Virus record (IMG/VR): IMGVR_UViG_3300004369_000010
Location: 8,256-72,255 of that record
DNA from: a virus
Reading direction: 5' to 3' (one strand)
DNA: 64,000 nt
The position numbers were made by a program, and so were the translations under genes. Under the pieces are notes generated by a model, which worked only from the letters and a program-made list of their open reading frames with translations, was not told where the DNA came from and did no database searches. Positions 30,424-39,753 of the stretch are shown here, piece by piece (positions within the stretch are counted from its first letter, which is position 1; every line of letters starts with the position of its first letter).

Positions 30424-31728
30424 TCAGACGATAATAGCCGCCCGCTTTCTCTGAGGCAACCCTAGACCAGCAAGAAAAGTAAAGGCACTAACCGCCGAGT
30501 CAACTTGGTCATCATGATTAGCGGCTTCTGGGAAGGAAGCAAACTCATCCATCCATTCCGTCAACCAATGCCCTCTAACGACTCGCACATTTCCGTTCGC
30601 AACCGCTGCCGCAAAAGGACGCGCCCTGGTTAGCTTGTCTCCAGTGGATCGGATACCACTGAAATCGTACCCTGGTACGACATAACGGGCGTATTGGTCG
30701 CAAAGCGCCTTACCAGATGATCCTGGTTCCTGTTCCATTCGAATAGAAACAGCCGGTCCATCTTCGTAGGCGGTTTGGGCTATTAGTTGTTCAACTTTGT
30801 CACCTTTAGCACGTATTTTTTTTACATCTAAGATATAAGCAATTCCTTGGTCAAACAGCATGAGGGTCCCGACAGTCCAGTCAGGATCAGGATTGCTCTG
30901 AGAAGGTTCAGTGGCCGCCAAGTCCCAAAACCGTACAATTCGGGCAGAAGAACTGATCTGGGGAACCTCGTGACCGTCAATGATGATAAAAGACTCCCGC
31001 TCGAAGAGCGATCCAAGTGTCGTTGACCACCAATCACCTTCCTCTAGACGGCGGCGCTCAACCGGATCCAAGGCTTGCAGGGACTGTCGATAGGATTCAG
31101 CGTCAATACCTGGGTTGTCGGTCAGTTTAGAGGGTACAAAAATTCTGCCGGTGGAATGTCCTTCCACGATGAAGCGTTGTCGAACCCAGTTGGGGGCTGG
31201 GTTTGAGGCAGCCCTCATGCGCAGTGGCACCTTGGCTAACGGTCCGGATGCTGGACGGCGAAGTCGAGAGAATAGGTAACGATAATCGTTCTCCCGTATT
31301 TCTGTAACTTCATCCATGCCTATGAATTGAAATTCAGCACCCTTATATCGAAGATAGTCCTGGCTGTTGTTCAAATATCCGAATGAAATACGAGCTCCCG
31401 ATGGAAACATGGCTGTATAATTATTCGCGTTCCATCTAATATCATCATACTGAGCAACCCACGACTGAAAGCGATCCATGATCGCTCCAGGGAGTGCCAG
31501 GTCTGCATAAGTGCGACGGAAAAGAATAGCCGAATAACCAGGCGTGTCAACAAACTGCAATGCCGCCATAAGGAGAGCACTTGACTTGCCACCACCAGCG
31601 GCACCCCCAAACAAAGCCTCCAAAGAATTTGTCCTCAGAAACACTTTTTGAGTGACGGATGCTTCCTCTGGACAAAATAAAGGTTTCTTGGGTTCCAGAA
31701 ATTCTAAAACCTGTTTCCAGTCAGCCAT
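30424..31728 (-). CDS. terL: terminase large subunit
   Basis: Walker A FGGAAGGGKS, Walker B FIGMDE, ASNP coupling motif, RFWDLAA, EQEPG, HDDQVDS. Confidence 0.95.
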   Translation of the reverse strand: MADWKQVLEFLEPKKPLFCPEEASVTQKVFLRTNSLEALFGGAAGGGKSSALLMAALQFVDTPGYSAILFRRTYADLALPGAIMDRFQSWVAQYDDIRWNANNYTAMFPSGARISFGYLNNSQDYLRYKGAEFQFIGMDEVTEIRENDYRYLFSRLRRPASGPLAKVPLRMRAASNPAPNWVRQRFIVEGHSTGRIFVPSKLTDNPGIDAESYRQSLQALDPVERRRLEEGDWWSTTLGSLFERESFIIIDGHEVPQISSSARIVRFWDLAATEPSQSNPDPDWTVGTLMLFDQGIAYILDVKKIRAKGDKVEQLIAQTAYEDGPAVSIRMEQEPGSSGKALCDQYARYVVPGYDFSGIRSTGDKLTRARPFAAAVANGNVRVVRGHWLTEWMDEFASFPEAANHDDQVDSAVSAFTFLAGLGLPQRKRAAIIV

Positions 31729-31784
31729 AAGCCCTCCGGTTTACACAATTAGGTTAGTATAAATCTAGAAAGATGAGGTAGACG

Positions 31785-31985
31785 TTGAAACGACTGGCAA
31801 ATCGGACACGAAAAACAGCTTTTTGGATCAAAAATCGCAATTGGCGAGGTATAACCGCCAATATCATGATGCTTTCATTTATAATTTTTACATCGGTTGG
31901 TGCGGCTTTGCTGTTGCCTGCCGCAGGTTTTATAACCGCAGGCATTGCTTGTGGCATGTTCGGCTACCTACTGGGGTCTGATTAA
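31785..31985 (+). CDS. small two-TM membrane protein preceding portal
   Basis: two hydrophobic segments; ends 2 nt before the portal ATG. Confidence 0.6.
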   Translation: MKRLANRTRKTAFWIKNRNWRGITANIMMLSFIIFTSVGAALLLPAAGFITAGIACGMFGYLLGSD

Positions 31986-31987
31986 AG

Positions 31988-34228
31988 ATGGCATGGAACT
32001 CTCGGCAGACCAAGAACCTCGGTAGCGACACCAGTTCAAAAGCGATGCCACTAGGTCCTGGAGCGCCAGTATCCGTAAACACGGGTCTAGCAGGTCGTGC
32101 CTATCGTGACTCCTGGGATATTGAACGCGCATATCGCGAGGGTATGCAAAAGGTTGTCTGGGTAAATCGATGCATTGATGCAATCGCTGGAAACCAAGCC
32201 CGACTTCCAATGATCCTCCGTAAGGACAACAGCCCAAACGGTCAAGTAATAGATCGCAAACATGCCCTACTAGACATCTTCAACTCAAAAGCCAATATTG
32301 GCGAAAACGCTTTCGTCTTCCGATACAGAGTTTCCAGCCAGTTACTTATGTCATCTCGTGGCGTTTTTATTGAAAAAGTCTACGGACGCGATGGTGGAAT
32401 CATCGCACTAAACCTGCTACCACCACAGCACACATCGCCAATCCCAGATCCAAAGCGTTTCGTTGCTGGATACCAGGTTGATCTCCCCTCTGGACACAAG
32501 CAAATCGTCAAAGCCGAAGATGTGGTGTGGATTCGTCGTCCACACCCGTTAGATCCGTACCTATCTCTTACGCCCATGGAATCAGCGGGTATTGCAATTG
32601 AGATTGAAAACCTGGCTCGGATCTACAACCGAAACTTCCTTCTCAACGATGGTCGGCCTGGAGGACTACTCGTTCTCCGAGGTGAAATTGACGACGACGA
32701 TAAAGACGAACTCAAGAGCCGTTTTAGAGGAAACCTCAATCGGGCTGGTTCCGTATCGGTTATCTCATCAGACGACGGCGCTGATTTCATTGACACCGCT
32801 TCCAACCCCAGAGATGCCGCCTATGTACAAATGCGTCAACTCACCAAGGAAGAAATCCTCGCAGCTTTCGGTGTACCCGAATCGGTAATTGGCAACGCAT
32901 CTGGTCGAACATTCTCAAACGCCAATGAAGAAATGCGTGTCTTTTGGATGGAAACCATGATGCCCCATCTGGAGCCAATCGCGCGAGCCTATGATGAACT
33001 TGACCCCAAGTACTACATTGATTTCGATACCAGTGATGTTCCAATCCTGATCATGGCCAAACAGGAGCGGGAACGCTACCTCATGGACGAATTCAACAAT
33101 GGTCTAATTTCAGCAAACGAATATCGTGAAGGTAGCGGGCGCAAAACGCTTGACTCCGAAATTGCCGATCAACTACTCAATAGCCCACAATTGGTTCCAA
33201 TTGCCAACACAGAAAAACCTTTCAGTATTGAAGAGCAAACCCCCATTGCTGAGGCAGGAGCAATACCTGGCGGGCCAGATCAAATGCCCCCCAGAGGAGA
33301 ACAAGCACCTCCCCCTGGCCCTGGCGGTGAACCAGGTGGCCCAGGAACAGCGCCTGGCGGTAGCCCCACCTCACCAGCCGCCGAAACACCCGCTACCGCA
33401 ATTGAACCAGTTCCCGAAGGTCAACTATCTGCTGGCTACGGTGGCATAGAAACCAAAACTGCTGATACAGCGGCTTACTACGATGAATGGGACACGAAGG
33501 CCGAACAAAGCGTAGATCGTTGGACAGAGATCCTGGATGCGTCACTTGAACGAATCTTTCAGCGTCAGCAACGGGTAGTTCTTGAAAAGGCTTTTGGCGC
33601 AAAAGCACGCAAGGCGATGAAGGACAACTCACTCACTGTTGAAACAGTCTTTGACATTGACGCATGGAATCGTCAGTTGCGAGATGACATCACGCCAGTG
33701 ATCAACGGAATCATCGCTGATGCGTCCGAAAATGTTTCGTTAGAAGCCAAAATGGACTCAACGCCCGATCCAGTTGAAGCGGCTGAATATGTTGAGTCTC
33801 AAATGACTCGCATGGAAAAAGTGAACGAAACCACCAAGGAAGAAATCTCTGCAGCTCTTCTCGTCGCTATGGCGCTCGGCGCAGAGGAAGACGAACAGAG
33901 GAACAGTCTTCTTCGAGCAGCGCTAGCAGCAATCTTCGCCAACCTTCTCGGTAAGAGGCGCCGCATTATTGCCGAACACGAATCATCAACGGCTTTCAAT
34001 GCTGGAACATATCTTGCTGGTCGGCAAATTGGCTCTTTGTCAAAGCGTTGGGTTAGCCGACGAGATGAACGTGTACGCGACGCTCACCGTGTTCTAAACG
34101 GCCAAAAGGTTGGATTGACAGAAACCTTCAATGTTGGTGGTTTTCCTCTCCGCTTTCCTGGTGATCCCTTGGCTCCGCCGTCGCTCACCATCAACTGCCG
34201 TTGCCGTCTACGGTTCACTAATGACTAA
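31988..34228 (+). CDS. portal protein (HK97-like) fused to MuF minor head domain
   Basis: VNRCIDAIA, FLLNDGRPGG, ILAAFGVP, ISANEYRE; Pro/Gly linker; C-terminal KRWVSRRDERVRDAH...FPGDP...INCRC. Confidence 0.9.
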   Translation: MAWNSRQTKNLGSDTSSKAMPLGPGAPVSVNTGLAGRAYRDSWDIERAYREGMQKVVWVNRCIDAIAGNQARLPMILRKDNSPNGQVIDRKHALLDIFNSKANIGENAFVFRYRVSSQLLMSSRGVFIEKVYGRDGGIIALNLLPPQHTSPIPDPKRFVAGYQVDLPSGHKQIVKAEDVVWIRRPHPLDPYLSLTPMESAGIAIEIENLARIYNRNFLLNDGRPGGLLVLRGEIDDDDKDELKSRFRGNLNRAGSVSVISSDDGADFIDTASNPRDAAYVQMRQLTKEEILAAFGVPESVIGNASGRTFSNANEEMRVFWMETMMPHLEPIARAYDELDPKYYIDFDTSDVPILIMAKQERERYLMDEFNNGLISANEYREGSGRKTLDSEIADQLLNSPQLVPIANTEKPFSIEEQTPIAEAGAIPGGPDQMPPRGEQAPPPGPGGEPGGPGTAPGGSPTSPAAETPATAIEPVPEGQLSAGYGGIETKTADTAAYYDEWDTKAEQSVDRWTEILDASLERIFQRQQRVVLEKAFGAKARKAMKDNSLTVETVFDIDAWNRQLRDDITPVINGIIADASENVSLEAKMDSTPDPVEAAEYVESQMTRMEKVNETTKEEISAALLVAMALGAEEDEQRNSLLRAALAAIFANLLGKRRRIIAEHESSTAFNAGTYLAGRQIGSLSKRWVSRRDERVRDAHRVLNGQKVGLTETFNVGGFPLRFPGDPLAPPSLTINCRCRLRFTND

Positions 34229-36153
34229 TGGCCCCACGCAGACCTCTTCGTATAGAGCCGTACAATAACGATGCGGTAGATGCCGACAATGACGGCATCG
34301 TCCAAGAAGACACAGCCTGGGAACGCCCAGCAGGAACTCGCCTCCTTGATGCGCTAGGTCAAGCAATCCGCAACGGGATGACTTCCCAAAGTCGCCCATC
34401 GGGAATACGAGTCGTTGACCGAGACGGTAATCCTGTGGCCTACAAGCCACGAGCAACCCCGGTTGGCAAAACACCCAAACCTAGAAGTCCGCTTGGCCCC
34501 ACATTGGGTGATAGGCAAAGAACTCTGGGAGAAATGATCCCGTCACTAGGACAAACCATCGGCACTCTTGAAGATCGACGCAAGCCGAAACCAATCAGAG
34601 TCAGTCAGGAAGATGCCAAACCGCGTCAGGCTGAACCCCCAAGAAAGTTCACTGTTCCAACATTTACCGCGCCTCTGCTTGGCGAGCAACTCATGTCCAA
34701 ACCTGGATTCACATCGAAAGATCTGTTTGATAAGGACACTGGACGGTACATCAAGGAACGACGCAAACTTCATCGTTCAATTGTTGGGTTTTATCTGCAG
34801 AAGGCAAAGCCCAGATCTCCAGAATCGCAAGAAGAAAAAACTGTTTGGTTTTTGGGTGGTGGCGCTGGTTCAGGTAAATCTAGCGCGATCAAGAGCGGCG
34901 CTATTGGTGTCCCGTCCGACCTGCTTCGCGTAGATCCAGACGAAATAAAAGATTTCATTCCCGAATATCGCACATGGCTATCTGGTGGCGACGGACGAGC
35001 GGCAGAGTTCGTCCACGAAGAATCAAAACACATTTTTGAGCACACCGTTCACGGTTTGGTGCAGCTCAACGCCGACTTTGTGTATGACACAACCGGTAAT
35101 GGTTCTTACGACAAAATGGCAAAGAAGGTTCAAGACCTTCGGCGCAACGGCCATGTCATCAAAGCCCGATATATGACCATCAGCATTGACGAAGCGATTC
35201 GACGCGCAGAACTCCGTGAACAAACGACTGGCCGTCGTGTTCCACGACATCAAATCATTCACAACCACCAAGAAGTATCCACCAATGTGATTCGTGGTAT
35301 TGCTGACGGACTATTTGATGAACTTGAGTTATACGATAACGACGGATCGCAACCAACAAAGATCCTTGAAGTTAAGAATGGCAAAGTCAAGATCCTTGAC
35401 CCGCAAGCCGTTGACCGATTCATGGCGAAATCCCCTTCGTTGAGTCGATCCCCTGGCAAGACTCCAGCAGGAGTTCATGAAGATCTTGAAAAAGGAAAGT
35501 CAGCTTCCAATGTTCTGGGACAAACTTCCAGGGTCGATGCCAGAACCGCGTGGGCTGGATACCTTGCAGATGACTACAAAGAAATGAACTATGTGCTTCG
35601 TGAAGGTGGAGACGGTCTATCCGACGAGGAATACAACGAGGTAGCACAGAAAATCAACGATTTTGATGAGTACTTTGACCACGCAAGTTTTTCACTGATC
35701 CAGCCTGTGAAGGTGTACAGAGGAACTCAGGAATACCTTTCGGATGACATTGATGTTTCTGAACTTGCCCCTGGTGAGGTGTACAAACTTTTATCCGCTC
35801 CTGAGATCGGAACCAAGTTTCGCGAAGATGCCTACTCCTCGGCTACTGAAAGTCTTGATATTGCCGAAGACTTTGCACTCGGGAAGGCCGATGTGGAATC
35901 CCTGAGCTATTCGGAAGGGCCATCTATTCCCGTTGTGATGGAAATTAATATTCCTCCCGGTCTCAGGATGCTTCCAGGAACCACATATGAGAAAGAAGTG
36001 ATCCTTGAGCGGGAAACACGGTTCAAAGTTGTTGACTACATCACGCAATACACAGAAAGTGGCGATTCCTATCAGTTGTTGAAAGTTGTTGCAATTCCTC
36101 CTCGCAAAAAGCAACAGCCACTAGAACTAGCGGAGATTGATGATGACTACTAA
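34228..36153 (+). CDS. Zeta-toxin-like P-loop kinase fused to VIP2-like (R-S-E) ADP-ribosyltransferase
   Basis: GGGAGSGKSS, VDPDEIK, VHEES, YDTT, RREQTTGRRVP-like kinase motifs; YKEMNYVLR, VYRG, YSSAT, EKEVIL ART motifs. Confidence 0.85.
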   Translation: MAPRRPLRIEPYNNDAVDADNDGIVQEDTAWERPAGTRLLDALGQAIRNGMTSQSRPSGIRVVDRDGNPVAYKPRATPVGKTPKPRSPLGPTLGDRQRTLGEMIPSLGQTIGTLEDRRKPKPIRVSQEDAKPRQAEPPRKFTVPTFTAPLLGEQLMSKPGFTSKDLFDKDTGRYIKERRKLHRSIVGFYLQKAKPRSPESQEEKTVWFLGGGAGSGKSSAIKSGAIGVPSDLLRVDPDEIKDFIPEYRTWLSGGDGRAAEFVHEESKHIFEHTVHGLVQLNADFVYDTTGNGSYDKMAKKVQDLRRNGHVIKARYMTISIDEAIRRAELREQTTGRRVPRHQIIHNHQEVSTNVIRGIADGLFDELELYDNDGSQPTKILEVKNGKVKILDPQAVDRFMAKSPSLSRSPGKTPAGVHEDLEKGKSASNVLGQTSRVDARTAWAGYLADDYKEMNYVLREGGDGLSDEEYNEVAQKINDFDEYFDHASFSLIQPVKVYRGTQEYLSDDIDVSELAPGEVYKLLSAPEIGTKFREDAYSSATESLDIAEDFALGKADVESLSYSEGPSIPVVMEINIPPGLRMLPGTTYEKEVILERETRFKVVDYITQYTESGDSYQLLKVVAIPPRKKQQPLELAEIDDDY

Positions 36154-36424
36154 AAAAGATCCGCGCCAACCGCACCGCTATCATTTTTCACTAAGTGAAC
36201 TAAAGCGCGATCGATCATCGGCGCCCTCATTTCAGCAACCGGTATCACAGGACAGATTCCTTGACATGATGAAAGGCGACACGCCTATTACTCCAGGTAG
36301 TCAAGAAGAAACAGATATAAATCAAGCAAAAAACGGCGAAGTTATATTAGATAACATATGGACGCCTGGCGATACTTACACCACAGAAGAATGGCGAAAA
36401 AATTTGGATGATTCCCTTGACTAA
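36137..36424 (+). CDS. small protein coupled to effector (possible immunity protein)
   Basis: overlaps the effector stop; GGAGA RBS upstream. Confidence 0.5.
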   Translation: MMMTTKKDPRQPHRYHFSLSELKRDRSSAPSFQQPVSQDRFLDMMKGDTPITPGSQEETDINQAKNGEVILDNIWTPGDTYTTEEWRKNLDDSLD

Positions 36425-36521
36425 CTAAAAACTTCGGTTAGTATGCATATCGCCACCCCCGCAGCTCGGGTCGCTCTAGGCTGCTGGAGGTGGCACTTCA
36501 CTCTCTAACCGAAAGTTAATT

Positions 36522-36977
36522 ATGAAACAGTTACTAGCAAGCATCGGCTTCGTATCTATTATGGGAATTTCAGCGTGTGGTGGCGATACCGTATATGTAA
36601 TTCAGGAACCCACAACAACAGTTCCCAAAAGCACAACAACAGTCACTGAAGCGCCAGCAGAAACTCGACCCCCTGTGAGTTTGCCGTCTGGAGGCGGACA
36701 CAACTCCAGTTACGATCCTGACGCCTACGACGACGCAATCTGGAGTGAAGCCAACGACTTCTGGTGGTTGTTCTCCACGGAACAACTCCTTCAGATGGGT
36801 TTGATTATCTGTGAAGAGTTTGACCGAGGGCAAACACTTGATCAGGTGACTGCCAGCATGGTTGAAATCCTCATCAATACCGGAACTGCTGACCTGATGG
36901 AAGGCACAGCCGTCATGATGGCCTCCGCGTTGTTCCACCTATGTCCCGAGCATAGTTGGTGGGTTTCCACCATCTAG
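36522..36977 (+). CDS. lipoprotein with DUF732-like domain
   Basis: lipobox ISAC; Thr/Pro linker; LLQMGLIICEEFDRG...FHLCPEH. Confidence 0.75.
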   Translation: MKQLLASIGFVSIMGISACGGDTVYVIQEPTTTVPKSTTTVTEAPAETRPPVSLPSGGGHNSSYDPDAYDDAIWSEANDFWWLFSTEQLLQMGLIICEEFDRGQTLDQVTASMVEILINTGTADLMEGTAVMMASALFHLCPEHSWWVSTI

Positions 36978-37038
36978 TAATGCTTGACATGATCAGTGAA
37001 ATGTTGGATCATGTACGCACATAACTGAAGGGACGCTC

Positions 37039-37674
37039 ATGACATTGACCTATGGGTCACTTTTCTCGGGAGTTGGCGGCTTTGACCTCGGCTTTGACCA
37101 GGCTGGCTACGAATGCCAATGGCAAGCCGAGTGGGATAAACACTGCCAACAAACACTCGCACACCATTGGCCCAACACCAAACTTTATGGCGATGTGCGT
37201 GAAATCTCCGGGAAAGAACTCACCCCCGTTGATGTGATCACCTACGGATCGCCATGCCAGGATCTTTCCGTCGCAGGAAAACGAGCCGGTATTGAGGGCG
37301 GTCGATCCTCAATGTTCTTTGAAGCCACACGAATCATCCAAGAAATGCGAGATGCAACACATGGAACCTATCCAAGAATCACTATTTGGGAAAATGTCCC
37401 CGGAGCTCTCAGTTCCAACAAAGGAGAAGACTTCCGGGCCGTCCTCCAAAAATTGGATGACATCGGGGCATTGGCGCAATGGTGGAGTGTCCTGGACGCA
37501 CAATACTTCGGAGTCCCCCAAAGGCGTCGACGAGTGTTCGTCGTCTCTGTCTTTGATCCTGCAGTCGCAGAACGAGCCGGGTCTGGAGAAATATTCCCTC
37601 TCGGGGAAGGCCGCCGAAGGAATCTTAAGAAGAGCAACAAGACGAGGGAAGACTCTTCCTCCCCTCTTGGATGA
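37039..37674 (+). CDS. C5-cytosine methyltransferase, N-terminal part (motifs I-VIII)
   Basis: SLFSGVGG, GSPCQDLS, WENVPG, PQRRRRVF. Confidence 0.9.
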   Translation: MTLTYGSLFSGVGGFDLGFDQAGYECQWQAEWDKHCQQTLAHHWPNTKLYGDVREISGKELTPVDVITYGSPCQDLSVAGKRAGIEGGRSSMFFEATRIIQEMRDATHGTYPRITIWENVPGALSSNKGEDFRAVLQKLDDIGALAQWWSVLDAQYFGVPQRRRRVFVVSVFDPAVAERAGSGEIFPLGEGRRRNLKKSNKTREDSSSPLG

Positions 37675-37720
37675 GGCGCTAAGAAATGTGGTGGACAAAG
37701 CGGCGGAGAGCCCAAAGTGA
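37361..37720 (+). CDS. overlapping alternative-frame MTase subunit (M.EcoHK31I beta-like)
   Basis: KMSP...KNWMTSG...NTSESP...LSLIL...KYSLSGKAAEGILRRATRRGKTLPPLL; similarity to EcoHK31I beta recalled from memory, not aligned. Confidence 0.65.
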   Translation: MEPIQESLFGKMSPELSVPTKEKTSGPSSKNWMTSGHWRNGGVSWTHNTSESPKGVDECSSSLSLILQSQNEPGLEKYSLSGKAAEGILRRATRRGKTLPPLLDEALRNVVDKAAESPK

Positions 37721-38600
37721 CTCTGATTTTGAAACTTGGATAGAGGGTGGGGTGTGTCCAACATTGAACGCATTTGATAACACTGGAGACAGCCGAGCCA
37801 CCGTGCTTATCTTCACCGCCCAACGAGTCGGTGAACCTCCCCGAATTTATGAAGATGTCACCCCTGCTTTGCTAAGCCGAATGGGAACTGGAGGGAATAA
37901 CACTCCAATGATTGTTTTTAGTCATACGCAAGGTTTGGATGCTCAGCCGTCAGAAGTGGCTAGCCCAACACTTCGAAGCAATGGAGGTGGCATGGCTGTG
38001 GCCTACAACTTTGATGAATTTAACTTCACTGGTGGTGAAGAAGTTCATCACTCAATCCGTTCTGGGACACGACAGTCAACGGGTGTGGTTGTTTATCCTG
38101 ATCCTGCTGGTTCCGGGATTGTTGACAATGATGGGATTACTGTGGTTGCTCCCATTCAGGATGGCCGTGATATAGATAAACATCAGAACGGTTTGGGTGT
38201 GGGTGGCGTTGGCGATCCTATGTACACCTTGGATACTACTGGCGGTCAGGCTGTTGCTATTGGGCATGATCCGATTGTGTTCACTCAGAATCAGCGTGAT
38301 GAGGTTCGTGATTTGAACGGGGTTGCTGGCGGTTTGCAGGCATCTCAGGGTTCGCATCAAACTAATTATGTTGCAACTCAGGATGGTTCGGATCAAGCGG
38401 TTCGTACCACTGTGGTAAGAAGGTTGACTCCGGTTGAGTGTGAGCGTCTGATGGGTTGGCCTGATAATCACACTTTGTATCGTGCCGACGGTAAAACGAA
38501 TAGTGATTCCACCCGATACAAGATGTGCGGTAATGGTGTTGCAACACCGGTTGCCCAATGGATCGCTGAGCAGATTAAACCGTTATTGGAGGAAAACTGA
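37686..38600 (+). CDS. C5-cytosine methyltransferase, TRD and motifs IX-X
   Basis: repeated PTL modules; VRRLTPVECERLMGWPD, RYKMCGNGV. Confidence 0.9.
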   Translation: MWWTKRRRAQSDSDFETWIEGGVCPTLNAFDNTGDSRATVLIFTAQRVGEPPRIYEDVTPALLSRMGTGGNNTPMIVFSHTQGLDAQPSEVASPTLRSNGGGMAVAYNFDEFNFTGGEEVHHSIRSGTRQSTGVVVYPDPAGSGIVDNDGITVVAPIQDGRDIDKHQNGLGVGGVGDPMYTLDTTGGQAVAIGHDPIVFTQNQRDEVRDLNGVAGGLQASQGSHQTNYVATQDGSDQAVRTTVVRRLTPVECERLMGWPDNHTLYRADGKTNSDSTRYKMCGNGVATPVAQWIAEQIKPLLEEN

Positions 38601-38680
38601 TGGGCGGCTGGGGATATCTATTGACCTTACCTGTTCTACTTGCACTCATTCTTGTAGTCGGCTCTCTACACGATGATTAG
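38600..38680 (+). CDS. 26-aa membrane peptide
   Basis: MGGWGYLLTLPVLLALILVVGSLHDD; TGATG coupling; GGAGG upstream. Confidence 0.45.
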   Translation: MGGWGYLLTLPVLLALILVVGSLHDD

Positions 38681-38768
38681 ATAAATCTAACCGACCGGGA
38701 GTTCTGTTATATAAAACTTTAAACAACCAACAACGAAACCCCCAAAAAAAAATTTTTGAGAGGACCCT

Positions 38769-38942
38769 ATGCACGAATTAGTATTTCAACCAACAAACAA
38801 CATCAACAACCTCATTGAAACATTAAAAAACAGCGAACAAACAATCTGCCACCAAGCAGCAAACATGCTCCAACAACTACAAACAGAACTAGCTCACACA
38901 CAACACCAATACAAACAACTACAACAAAAACTCACTCAATGA
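38769..38942 (+). CDS. 57-aa Gln/Thr-rich coiled-coil protein
   Basis: GAGAGGA RBS; ATGA overlap with next gene. Confidence 0.5.
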   Translation: MHELVFQPTNNINNLIETLKNSEQTICHQAANMLQQLQTELAHTQHQYKQLQQKLTQ

Positions 38943-39715
38943 CCAGTTACCACGAAGCCACACAGCACTACACCCTACGATCCAACAACGCCCACAACGA
39001 ACTACAACGCTGGCTCAACCTCCCCAACAAACAACCCGTCATCAACACCCTCCAAAACCACAACAGCGAAATCTTCGAAAACCTCCAACCCAAAGACATA
39101 CAACACGTCGTACAACACACCGAAAACGCCCTCGGACCATCATCCAGACGCATCGGAGAAACAGTCACACCCATCCGAGACTGGAACCCCAACTATGCGT
39201 TCAACCACGTACTACACCACGTAACCGCACAACTACAACACCTACCCACCTGGCAAGAATTCCGAAACTACGCCTCCCAAGACCCCCACACCCGCACCAT
39301 GCTCTGGGAACCAGCCCAACAAATCAGCCAACACGCCCACACCGCAGGCTGGACCACCACACACATCAAAAACGCCATGCAATGGCGCATCGGCAACGCC
39401 TACTACTCATTCATCCGAGAAGCCTACATCGTCGCCCAACTCAACAACGCAGGACTCACCCCCAAATACCACCCACTCGTCGACTCCCTCTTCAAAGTAG
39501 ACCTCTGGGTCAACAACACCAACATCAACCTCTACATCGGCAACCACATCTACCGACACAACCAAACCGGACGCAAAACCACCTCCACACAACTCCTCAA
39601 CGACGCCACACCCCCCTACAAAAACATAGACATCCAACTACCCACACAACACACCTACGGCAACGTACACCTACCAAAACAAGACGCCATCAACACCCTC
39701 CTCAACCAACTCTAA
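38939..39715 (+). CDS. putative PD-(D/E)XK (restriction-like) nuclease
   Basis: WRIGNAYYSFIRE...HPLVDSLFKVDLW; family assignment tentative. Confidence 0.45.
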   Translation: MTSYHEATQHYTLRSNNAHNELQRWLNLPNKQPVINTLQNHNSEIFENLQPKDIQHVVQHTENALGPSSRRIGETVTPIRDWNPNYAFNHVLHHVTAQLQHLPTWQEFRNYASQDPHTRTMLWEPAQQISQHAHTAGWTTTHIKNAMQWRIGNAYYSFIREAYIVAQLNNAGLTPKYHPLVDSLFKVDLWVNNTNINLYIGNHIYRHNQTGRKTTSTQLLNDATPPYKNIDIQLPTQHTYGNVHLPKQDAINTLLNQL

Positions 39716-39753
39716 AAAACAGCGGCCAACAAACAAAAACACCCCAACACACA

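Noticed and set aside
36452-36494. Imperfect GC-rich hairpin between the effector operon and the lipoprotein gene
   Set aside because: A single stem-loop, most simply a terminator or UTR structure; no riboswitch features recognised
37660-37690. MTase split as a sequencing frameshift or pseudogene
   Set aside because: Stops in both frames flank the junction, the second part has a plausible RBS (GAGG) and ATG, and the overlapping third frame is intact
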